Shown here: positions 1-7,372 of the stretch, in pieces
Position numbering within the stretch: position 1 is the first letter of the stretch
How the letters are laid out: the number at the start of each line of letters is the position of its first letter
Source of the DNA: Ruminococcus albus 7 = DSM 20455
GTDB taxonomy: Bacteria; Bacillota; Clostridia; Oscillospirales; Ruminococcaceae
Assembly: GCF_000179635.2 (NCBI RefSeq)
Contig: NC_014833.1
Location: 1,710,001 to 1,742,000 of the forward strand
Length of the DNA stretch: 32,000 nt
Direction: 5' to 3'
Notes under the pieces: model-generated
Database searches by the model: none
What the model was told of the DNA's origin: nothing
What the model saw: the letters and a program-made list of their open reading frames with translations, nothing else
Program-made: the position numbers and the translations under genes

Positions 1-1
1 G

Positions 2-1297
2 CGTTCCCGCGTAAGACTTGAAACCGACGGCAAGCTGATGACAGGCAGAGATGTGCTTATTGCGGCTATGCTTGGTGCTGAGGAATTTGGTTTTGCTACA
101 GCTCCTCTGATAACCATGGGCTGCGTTATGATGAGAGTGTGCGATAAAGACACCTGCCCTATGGGTATAGCTACACAGAATCCCGAACTTAGAAAACGTT
201 TTGCAGGCAAGCCTGAGTATGTTGTAAACTTTATGCATTTTATCGCGCAGGAGCTAAGAGAGTATATGTCAAGGCTTGGCGTGCGCACAGTTGATGAGCT
301 TATCGGCAGAACAGACCTTCTTCATAAGTCTGCTGACTGTAATATCGACTTCACAAATATCCTCTTTGCTGACAATGACAGCGCAGCACACTTTGATAAG
401 AACTGCGTTTATGATTTCAAGTTGGAGGAAACTGCAGACGAAACAGTTCTTGCCAAGAAACTGAAAGCATCACTTAAAACCGGTGCGAAGAAATCTGTCA
501 GCCTGGAAGTCAGGAACACAGACCGTGCATTCGGTACGCTTTTCGGCTCCATGATAACCGAAAAATGGGGCGACCACTCTCTTGAAGATGATACATATAC
601 CGTACATTGCACAGGCAGCGGCGGTCAGAGTTTTGGTGCATTCATACCCAAGGGTCTGACACTGGAACTTTGCGGTGATGCAAATGACTACTTCGGCAAG
701 GGTCTTTCAGGCGGCAAACTTATAGTCTTTCCTCCAAAGAATTCAGCCTTTAAGACAGAGGATAATATCATCGCAGGAAATGTTGCGCTTTATGGTGCTA
801 CATCGGGCAAGGCGTTCATCAGCGGTGTCGCAGGCGAGCGTTTCTGCGTAAGAAATTCAGGCGCGTATGCGGTTTGTGAAGGCGTGGGAGACCACGGCTG
901 TGAGTATATGACAGGCGGTGCAGCTGTAATACTCGGAAGAACAGGCAAGAACTTTGCTGCAGGTATGTCAGGCGGAACAGCATTTGTTCTCGATGAGGAC
1001 AGAGATCTTTATATGAGGCTGAACAAGGCTCAGGTATCTCTTGAAAGTGTCAGTGAAAAGTATGATATCGGTCTGCTGAAAGATCTTATTGCTCAGCATC
1101 ATGAAGCGACAGGTTCACAAAAGGCGAAGCGCATACTTGACAGTTTTGATGAATATCTGCCGCTGTTCAAGAAAATAGTCCCCCATGACTATGCTAAGAT
1201 AAATAAGGCGATATCTGTATGTGAAGAAAAGGGCATGAACCGCGAACAGGCAGAGATAGAAGCATTCTATGCGGTAACAAGCAAAGGACAGGTGTAA
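2..1297 (+). CDS. gltB: Glutamate synthase large subunit, C-terminal part (5' end lies outside the window)
   Basis: The frame is open from nt 2 with no upstream stop. It reads ...VRLETDGKLMTGRDV.. (end of the FMN domain), then the C-terminal GXGXG beta-helix domain (GDHGCEYMTGG, AAGMSGG). The stop is 5 nt before gltD. Confidence 0.9.
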   Translation, partial: RSRVRLETDGKLMTGRDVLIAAMLGAEEFGFATAPLITMGCVMMRVCDKDTCPMGIATQNPELRKRFAGKPEYVVNFMHFIAQELREYMSRLGVRTVDELIGRTDLLHKSADCNIDFTNILFADNDSAAHFDKNCVYDFKLEETADETVLAKKLKASLKTGAKKSVSLEVRNTDRAFGTLFGSMITEKWGDHSLEDDTYTVHCTGSGGQSFGAFIPKGLTLELCGDANDYFGKGLSGGKLIVFPPKNSAFKTEDNIIAGNVALYGATSGKAFISGVAGERFCVRNSGAYAVCEGVGDHGCEYMTGGAAVILGRTGKNFAAGMSGGTAFVLDEDRDLYMRLNKAQVSLESVSEKYDIGLLKDLIAQHHEATGSQKAKRILDSFDEYLPLFKKIVPHDYAKINKAISVCEEKGMNREQAEIEAFYAVTSKGQV

Positions 1298-1302
1298 GTA
1301 AG

Positions 1303-2781
1303 ATGGGTAAACCGACAGGATTTCTGGAATATAACAGGGCGGAGACAGCAGCGCGTACTCCGCTGGACAGGATAAAGGACTTCAATGAATTCCACACGGA
1401 GATAAGTGCTGAGCACCGCTGTGAGCAGGCGGCACGCTGTATGGACTGTGGTGTGCCGTTCTGTCAGAACGGTAAGCTCATAGGTGGTATGATATCGGGT
1501 TGTCCACTTAATAATCTGATACCCGAATGGAATGAACTGCTTTACCGAGGCAAAAAAGAACAGGCACTCATGCGTCTGCTTGAGACTAACAACTTTCCCG
1601 AGTTTACTTCAAGAGTATGTCCGGCTCTTTGTGAAAAGGCTTGTATATGCGGCATACACGATGATCCGGTCACAGTAAGAGAGAATGAGAAGGCTATTAT
1701 CGAAAATGGTTTCTCCACAGGGCTTATCAAGCCGCGTATTCCTCTGAACAGGAGCGGCAAAAAGATAGCTGTCATCGGCTCGGGTCCCTCGGGTCTGGCA
1801 GCTGCTGATTCACTCAACAGGCGCGGACATAACGTTACCGTATTTGAAAGGAGCGACCGTGCAGGCGGTCTGCTTATGTACGGTATACCGAACATGAAGC
1901 TTGAAAAGGATATCGTTACACGCAGAACTGCACTTATGGAGCTGGAAGGTGTTGAGATACGCACAAGCTGCGATGTGGGCATTGATATCTCAGCCGATGA
2001 GATACTGGCAGACTACGATGCTGTTATCCTCGCCTGCGGTTCCTCCCAGCCCAGGGATATCACAGCAGCAGGACGTGATGCAAATGGTATCCACTTTGCA
2101 GTTGATTTCCTGAAAGCCACAACAAAGAGCCTATTGGATTCGGATCTTAAAGACGGTAGCTATATCTCCGCTAAGGATAAGGACGTTGTCGTGATCGGAG
2201 GCGGTGATACAGGCAACGACTGTGTAGGTACAGCTGTGCGCCACGGCTGTAAGTCAGTCACCCAGCTTGAAATGATGCCGAAGCTCCCTGATACCCGTGC
2301 TGCAAATAACCCTTTCCCCGAGTACCCCAGAGTATGCAAGACCGACTACGGTCAGGAGGAAGCTATCGCGGTATTCGGCAGTGACCCGCGTATCTATGAA
2401 ACTACAGTCAAGGAGTTCATAAAGAACGATAACGGAGAACTGGAAGCAATAAAGACAGTAAAGGTTAGATTTGAAAACAAGGACGGAAGGAGAGTGCTTG
2501 TTGAAGTAGAGGGCAGCGAACAGGTCATACCTTGTCAGCTTTGTCTTATTGCCGCAGGTTTCACGGGCTGCCAGAGCTATATTGCTGATGCATTCGGTGT
2601 TGAACTGAATGTACGCACCAACGTCAGCACCGCAGAAGGCAGTTTTGCATCAAGTGCTGAAAAGGTGTTCACTGCAGGTGATATGCACATTGGTCAGTCG
2701 CTGGTAGTACGTGCTATACGTGAGGGAAGGGACTGTGCTGCAGAGGTGGACAGGTTCCTGATGGGATATACAAATCTTTGA
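1303..2781 (+). CDS. gltD: Glutamate synthase small subunit (NADPH-dependent, beta chain)
   Basis: 492 aa with an N-terminal Cys cluster (CMDCGVPFC, CPALCEKAC). Two dinucleotide-binding motifs are present (VIGSGPSGLAAA and VIGGGDTGNDC). It lies immediately downstream of gltB. Confidence 0.92.
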   Translation: MGKPTGFLEYNRAETAARTPLDRIKDFNEFHTEISAEHRCEQAARCMDCGVPFCQNGKLIGGMISGCPLNNLIPEWNELLYRGKKEQALMRLLETNNFPEFTSRVCPALCEKACICGIHDDPVTVRENEKAIIENGFSTGLIKPRIPLNRSGKKIAVIGSGPSGLAAADSLNRRGHNVTVFERSDRAGGLLMYGIPNMKLEKDIVTRRTALMELEGVEIRTSCDVGIDISADEILADYDAVILACGSSQPRDITAAGRDANGIHFAVDFLKATTKSLLDSDLKDGSYISAKDKDVVVIGGGDTGNDCVGTAVRHGCKSVTQLEMMPKLPDTRAANNPFPEYPRVCKTDYGQEEAIAVFGSDPRIYETTVKEFIKNDNGELEAIKTVKVRFENKDGRRVLVEVEGSEQVIPCQLCLIAAGFTGCQSYIADAFGVELNVRTNVSTAEGSFASSAEKVFTAGDMHIGQSLVVRAIREGRDCAAEVDRFLMGYTNL

Positions 2782-2795
2782 TCGCATACTAAAAA

Positions 2796-2827
2796 ATGCG
2801 GAGGAAAGCGTTTGGCTTCCTCCGCAT
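2796..2827. terminator. Bidirectional intrinsic terminator between convergent gltD and the acyltransferase gene
   Basis: An 11-bp perfect stem ATGCGGAGGAA / TTCCTCCGCAT. It is flanked by an A-run on the left (a T-run on the minus strand) and by TACTGTTT on the right. Confidence 0.7.
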
Positions 2828-2833
2828 TACTGT

Positions 2834-3943
2834 TTATATGATATTTTTTATAAACGGTACAAATTTAAGTACTCTTGTTATGGCATATGAAATGATGAAT
2901 GCCGCAAGCATCACAAGTATAAGCATCCCTGCGCCTCCGTGAGCGAATGGGTCAAACTTCATTACTGCAAATATATGCTTGTAAACTACCATATGGATAA
3001 GATATATACCGAATGAGCATTTGTCGATCTCAGCCGCCAGTTTGTCTAGCACCGGTATCTCTTTGCCTTTGTCTGTTGACTTGAACAGCGCAAATACTCC
3101 GGCAGATGCAAGTACCGTGTGCGGTGCAAAATACTGATCTGCGATGTTCTTTATGCGATCAGCCATTACCGGGTCATCAGTGTGCAGACGGTAGTAGGTC
3201 ATTATTATCATACCCGCCGCACCGATGAGTATGAACACGATACTCAGCACATTTCCGATCTTCACCTTTCCGCTGTGTATGGCATATCCAAGGAAGAAGA
3301 ACAGCGGGAATATTGTTCCCGTGAATATGCTGAACACCAGTGTATTACAGCCCAGTGCCGTCTTTGCAGCCGTTATAGCTGAATTTGCCGCGAACAGCAC
3401 TCCCAGCAGATACATAAGCTCCTTTTTGTCAGCCGATCTGGTAATGATGCGGTATACAGGCAGCATCAGGTAAAATGATATCATAAGGTAGAGATACCAT
3501 GTGTGTGACCAGCTCATGCCGTTTTCGGTGAAAGTATCGAACACCGCGTGACGTACACCTTCCCAAAGATGTGACGGGACAAAATCCTTCTGATACACAG
3601 CGTGGTCATACACCGCGAAGATGATACCAAATGCGAACAGGGCTATAAGCATCCTTGGCAGGTATTTACCGAAGACCTTTTTAATATCTGTCTTTCGCTT
3701 TTCATCCAGCATCAGCGCACCGCTGACCATCATGAATGCAGGCACAGCCCAGTACATCAGATTGCGCACTGTGAACAGTACTGTCATGCGCTGTATATTA
3801 TCTCTTGCGAATGCACCTCCTGCCATGTAGCAGCCGTGGAGAACTACCACCGCGATGCAGGCAAGCGCCTTTAAACGGCTGAAGTAAAGTACCCTGCTTT
3901 TCTTTTCAGCGTCCTTGACCATATCAGAATGTGAAAGCGTCAT
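2834..3943 (-). CDS. Membrane acyltransferase, family 3 (OatA-like O-acyltransferase)
   Basis: About 10 hydrophobic segments and an N-terminal LKALACIAVVVLHG motif typical of acyltransferase_3. The start is ambiguous. ATG at 3943 overlaps the upstream gene by 20 nt, while ATG at 3922 lies 1 nt after the upstream TGA (TGAtATG coupling). Confidence 0.85.
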   Translation of the reverse strand: MTLSHSDMVKDAEKKSRVLYFSRLKALACIAVVVLHGCYMAGGAFARDNIQRMTVLFTVRNLMYWAVPAFMMVSGALMLDEKRKTDIKKVFGKYLPRMLIALFAFGIIFAVYDHAVYQKDFVPSHLWEGVRHAVFDTFTENGMSWSHTWYLYLMISFYLMLPVYRIITRSADKKELMYLLGVLFAANSAITAAKTALGCNTLVFSIFTGTIFPLFFFLGYAIHSGKVKIGNVLSIVFILIGAAGMIIMTYYRLHTDDPVMADRIKNIADQYFAPHTVLASAGVFALFKSTDKGKEIPVLDKLAAEIDKCSFGIYLIHMVVYKHIFAVMKFDPFAHGGAGMLILVMLAAFIISYAITRVLKFVPFIKNII

Positions 3944-4673
3944 CGCCTATGCAGCCGCCCTGATCGGTATTATCCTGTGCAGGTTCTTCATTTACCGGTT
4001 CTTCGGAAGCAGGCTGTTCATAAGAAGGTTCTTCGTTAACGGGCTCCTCATATGCAGGCTCATCATAGTTAGTTTCAGTGTCTTCGTTAATAAACTCGGT
4101 GTACTCAAAACCCTCTACATAAGAACCAACGATAGTCCTTGTTTCGCCATCCTTGGTTTTGCATATAACTGAAGGTTCGTTTACATTACGGCAGAGCATG
4201 ATCTCAGTGAGGTCACTTGTCTTGACACCCTTCATGTCAAATATAGTAGTGTCTTCGGTGCCATATCTTACCGTCAGATCATCGCCGGATGTTATCTCGA
4301 AGGATTTGGTAGATCCTGTAGTAAGCATTCCGTTGTCGAGGGAAAGATCATCGAGTACATTTCCTTCACTGTCCATGATCTGTATCTTTGTTACAGCAAC
4401 ACCGACATTGTTGTTAAAATCGACTGTTACTTTCTCGGCAGCCTCTTTAGCTTCGGGAGCATCCTCAGCCTTGCTTTCCTCTTCGGCAGCCGATTCCTTT
4501 ACTTCATTTTCTTCCTCAACTGTACTGCTTTCTTCCTTAGCAGCTGCCACAGAAGAAGTGTCTGACTTTTTGGACTCGTCCTTTTTGGATGTATCTCCGC
4601 AGGCGCTCATGCAAAGTGCTGTTACAGCTATAATTGCAAGGATAGATGCTTTCTTCATAAATATATTATTCAT
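3924..4673 (-). CDS. Acidic lipoprotein of unknown function
   Basis: Signal peptide with lipobox (LCMSAC). There is a Glu/Lys/Ser-rich linker, a beta-rich middle domain and a C-terminal (N/Y)EEP repeats tail. I place the start at 4673 (MNNIFMKK...) because the GGAGG inside the longer ORF sits 7 nt upstream of this ATG. Confidence 0.8.
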   Translation of the reverse strand: MNNIFMKKASILAIIAVTALCMSACGDTSKKDESKKSDTSSVAAAKEESSTVEEENEVKESAAEEESKAEDAPEAKEAAEKVTVDFNNNVGVAVTKIQIMDSEGNVLDDLSLDNGMLTTGSTKSFEITSGDDLTVRYGTEDTTIFDMKGVKTSDLTEIMLCRNVNEPSVICKTKDGETRTIVGSYVEGFEYTEFINEDTETNYDEPAYEEPVNEEPSYEQPASEEPVNEEPAQDNTDQGGCIGDDAFTF

Positions 4674-4692
4674 TTTACTTACCTCCATAGTA

Positions 4693-6126
4693 TCAACTCA
4701 TTATTACTCTTTTTATCGAGCCGCTTATATCGTACATAAGTGTACCCTTATCGCCGTAGCTTATTGCAAATCCGTTGCGTCCAAGCTCGCTCTCGAAATC
4801 GGGGTCAAAAATGTAAGACTTTCCTGTACCGTTGTAGTTTTTTATCTCTACCCAGGAATGATCGACAAAACCGTTGCTTGTAAGTGTTCCGCTTGATATC
4901 TGGTGTGCATCATATCCAAGCATCTTAGCCATCTCACAGAAGCACGCTGCCATAACGTAGCAGTTGCCCTCGTGTGCGTCAAAGCCTCTGTCAGCATACC
5001 ATTCCATTCCGGGAGAACCGTCTCTCGGCAGCCATTCACCGTTGATATAGTAAGCGTATGGCATGATACACCAGTTGAATGCCTTATGAAGATCCCAGCC
5101 TACCTTGTCAAGTACAGCTTCGGCTTTTGCGTAGTAGGGAAGAGTGTGTACCTTAGCAGTAGCGGACTTATCTGCATTAACATAGGATTTGCCCATAAGG
5201 TTTACAGCAAGCACCCTGAAACTTACGTCCTTGTTTGCAGGTACGTTGATCTGTCTGCTGAGCTCACTGGTCTGACCGTGGAAGGACTCCTTACCGTTAA
5301 CGGTGTAGTATACATTATATACATCCGCATCGGCAGCTGCCTTCCAGCTTAGCTTTACATAGTTGCGCTCTGACTTTGCTTTAAGTCCTGTAACGTTTTC
5401 AGGTTTTATTGAAAGCTTGCCCTCATAGCCGTCGCTGAAGCTCTTTACGCCCTGCCTTGTTTCAGTATTGTAATATGTATATGGCATCACCTTTATGTTG
5501 ATGATATCGTCATCTGACCATCTCAGTGCGTTTACGTTTATACTGTTGCTCTTTACCTGATACTTTTCGCTACGGTCAGCACCCGAGATCACAACATCGT
5601 AACCGTCAACACCGTTTACAGCAGTCCAGTCAACTTTTACAATGCTTCGCAGGGATACTATGTCCGGAAGTTTGCTGAACCTGGTTGTTTTGGCAACTAT
5701 ACTGCTGTCACTGACCGTTTCAAGAAGTTCCAGCCAGTTCATCACTCTTATGCCTTTGATCTCGGCTATCATTATGCTGAGATCGGTGATGTTTATCTTT
5801 CCGTCTTCGTTGATATCTGCTGCTTTCAGTGCCTTATCGTTCAGATTGATCTTTGCTTTGATGAAAGCCGCTACCTTAGCAGCATCTGTTATATTCAGCT
5901 TGCCGTCGTTATTTAAATCTCCGGCAGCGTAGTCTTCTTCTTCAGTTGCAGCTACGCTTTCGGTGATATCTTCATCGGCGGTGGTATTCTCGTCTGCGTT
6001 GAAAAAGATCTCATCCGCAGGAACTGTCTGTGCGTTGTTGTCTGCAAATGCATATACAGATGTCTGTGATAAAACAAGTGCCATAGCTGCAGCTGCAGCG
6101 CAGAACTTTTTAGAGATATCAGTCAT
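4693..6126 (-). CDS. Secreted dockerin-containing protein with two Fn3-like domains and a C-terminal transglutaminase-like (papain-fold Cys-His-Asp) domain
   Basis: A signal peptide is followed by the dockerin repeats DLNNDGKLNITD and DINEDGKINITD. Fn3-like signatures are VKVDWTAVNGVDGYDVVIS and VKLSWKAAADADVYNVYYT. The transglutaminase core is GNCYVMAA (Cys389), DHSWVE (His423) and IFDPD (Asp441). RBS AGGAGA lies 6 nt upstream. Confidence 0.85.
   Translation of the reverse strand: MTDISKKFCAAAAAMALVLSQTSVYAFADNNAQTVPADEIFFNADENTTADEDITESVAATEEEDYAAGDLNNDGKLNITDAAKVAAFIKAKINLNDKALKAADINEDGKINITDLSIMIAEIKGIRVMNWLELLETVSDSSIVAKTTRFSKLPDIVSLRSIVKVDWTAVNGVDGYDVVISGADRSEKYQVKSNSINVNALRWSDDDIINIKVMPYTYYNTETRQGVKSFSDGYEGKLSIKPENVTGLKAKSERNYVKLSWKAAADADVYNVYYTVNGKESFHGQTSELSRQINVPANKDVSFRVLAVNLMGKSYVNADKSATAKVHTLPYYAKAEAVLDKVGWDLHKAFNWCIMPYAYYINGEWLPRDGSPGMEWYADRGFDAHEGNCYVMAACFCEMAKMLGYDAHQISSGTLTSNGFVDHSWVEIKNYNGTGKSYIFDPDFESELGRNGFAISYGDKGTLMYDISGSIKRVIMS
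5752..5922 (-). other. Type-I dockerin module (aa 69-125 of the CDS), placed N-terminally right after the signal peptide and acidic linker
   Basis: Two 12-residue Ca-binding F-hand loops (DLNNDGKLNITD, DINEDGKINITD), each followed by an amphipathic helix. Confidence 0.85.
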
Positions 6127-6181
6127 GATAATTCTCCTATTCTCAGTATTTTCGGGATATCATGATGCGATCCCACCGCTT

Positions 6182-6210
6182 ATTATAACACATTCTCCAA
6201 TAAAAGTAAA
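6182..6210 (-). promoter_or_regulatory. Candidate sigma-A promoter of the dockerin operon
   Basis: On the minus strand: TTTACT (6210-6205), 17-nt spacer, TGtTATAAT (-10 at 6187-6182). It lies about 55 nt upstream of the ATG. Confidence 0.4.
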
Positions 6211-6513
6211 GACACGGTGAAACAGTTTTGTTAATAAGCAGATAACAACCGTGATTTGTAAAACAAATTGTGCTTACTGCCAATGTTTGGAAATGTCCTC
6301 GAAGATACGTCCGGTGCCGTGATATTTCTCGTGCTTTTATCATGTTAATATAATCTGCTCGGTTTTACGGAGTGCCGCAAGGCGGTTATATAATTCCTAA
6401 AAAGGCAAAGCAAAAGATAACTACGGGTGGTGATACGTTATCATGTGAAATGGGTATGTAATTGATCCTTTTTATCAGACGAATGCTGAAAACGATGTAT
6501 ATAGCCATATTCG

Positions 6514-6657
6514 TGCGATAACGTTGTCATTCCTTAGCGCGGGATCTTCATTTTGTTAAGATACTGAGGCAGATATCCTGCATAGTCCAAGGCTTTTTTT
6601 ATGAAATATCAGACAGTTAACGATGAACAGATACTGTGATGTGACAACGTTATCGCA
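6514..6657. repeat. 16-bp perfect inverted repeat (TGCGATAACGTTGTCA ... TGACAACGTTATCGCA) with a 112-nt spacer in a long non-coding gap
   Basis: Positions 6514-6529 are the exact reverse complement of 6642-6657. Each arm is itself centred on the palindrome AACGTT. The right arm ends 9 nt upstream of the -35 of the 6764 gene. Confidence 0.7.
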
Positions 6658-6665
6658 TCTTATCA

Positions 6666-6694
6666 TTGATTATGAAACAGATATATGTTATAAA
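6666..6694 (+). promoter_or_regulatory. Candidate sigma-A promoter of the lipoprotein/cupredoxin-repeat operon
   Basis: TTGATT (6666-6671), 17-nt spacer, TGtTATAAA (-10 at 6689-6694). Confidence 0.4.
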
Positions 6695-6763
6695 TATTAT
6701 TGCAGAGGTGACGGATTTGCATAAATTATTTTTATTAATGGAAAGGAAGCTTAGAAAATAGAT

Positions 6764-7360
6764 ATGATGAGAGCTAGATATGCTTTTACTGTCGCAGTTA
6801 TGATGTTTGTGCTGACAGGCTGCGGCGAGGCAGGGGATAAAGTATCAGATGCTTATAAAAAAAGCAGCGATAAACCGCCTGCGACCGTAAAGACGACAGA
6901 AGTCACCACAACAGAGATCTCCACGGAAACTACAGTGGAAACATCGGAGAAAACAACCTCGGTGACTACCTCTGCCATAACTGATGAAAGCAGCGAAGCA
7001 GTAACCAGAACAGAAACAGTAACCGAGGAAGTATCCGAAGTACCTGCGGAGAGCGAGATCATACAGGAAAAATACGATACATTCTATGGTATACTCATAG
7101 ATGAGGATTGCAGTGATGTGGAAGACCCCGTAATGCATGACCTGCCATGTATGCTGATGGAAGAATGTCGTGCAAGCGGATACGGTCTTGATATACTTCA
7201 GGAGGATGGTTCGTGGATATTCTATATGTTCGACAGTAATGGTCAGGATTTAGCCTGGGAATATCTGCTGCAGACCGAGCGTGAGTACGGTCTGTATGTA
7301 ACTGTTACAGGCAGATGGGAGGACAATGTGATCAAGGTCATATCAATAGAGGAAAGCTAA
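6764..7360 (+). CDS. Lipoprotein of unknown function (Thr/Glu-rich linker plus about 95-aa C-terminal Cys/Met/His-containing domain)
   Basis: Lipobox VLTGC and a T/E/S-rich linker. The C-terminal domain carries the motif MHDLPCMLMEEC. The stop is 12 nt before the next gene, whose RBS lies inside the gap. Confidence 0.8.
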   Translation: MMRARYAFTVAVMMFVLTGCGEAGDKVSDAYKKSSDKPPATVKTTEVTTTEISTETTVETSEKTTSVTTSAITDESSEAVTRTETVTEEVSEVPAESEIIQEKYDTFYGILIDEDCSDVEDPVMHDLPCMLMEECRASGYGLDILQEDGSWIFYMFDSNGQDLAWEYLLQTEREYGLYVTVTGRWEDNVIKVISIEES

Positions 7361-7372
7361 GGAGGAAGTAAA

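Noticed and set aside
4153-4896. 247-aa plus-strand ORF spanning the lipoprotein and the 3' end of the dockerin gene
   Set aside because: It is antisense to two well-supported minus-strand genes and crosses their boundary. Its Ser/Leu-rich low-complexity translation mirrors the Glu/Lys-rich sense frame, and it has no RBS.
6143-6343. 66-aa minus-strand ORF in the long intergenic gap
   Set aside because: It overlaps the predicted promoter and 5'-UTR of the dockerin operon. It has no SD and an odd Cys/Tyr/Arg composition.
6403-6430. GGCAAAGC...CTACGGGTGG string reminiscent of the c-di-GMP-I (GEMM-I) riboswitch core
   Set aside because: The ACGCAAAGC context is lacking and I could not draw flanking P1/P2 pairings. 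The resemblance is limited to a few bases. A cmscan would be needed to revive it.
6431-6441. ATACGTTATCA 11-mer shared with the fprA leader (12564-12574) and similar to the inverted-repeat arms
   Set aside because: 11-mer repeats are expected many times by chance in this window, so this is not evidence for a shared operator.
6594-6600. T7 run that looked like a terminator tail
   Set aside because: No stable stem immediately precedes it.
6483-6639. Two 12-codon ATG mini-ORFs (6483-6521, 6601-6639), each ending at or just before an arm of the 16-bp inverted repeat
   Set aside because: The symmetry is curious. However, the first has no SD, the second has only AAGG, and the peptides are unrelated. 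This is too little evidence for leader peptides.
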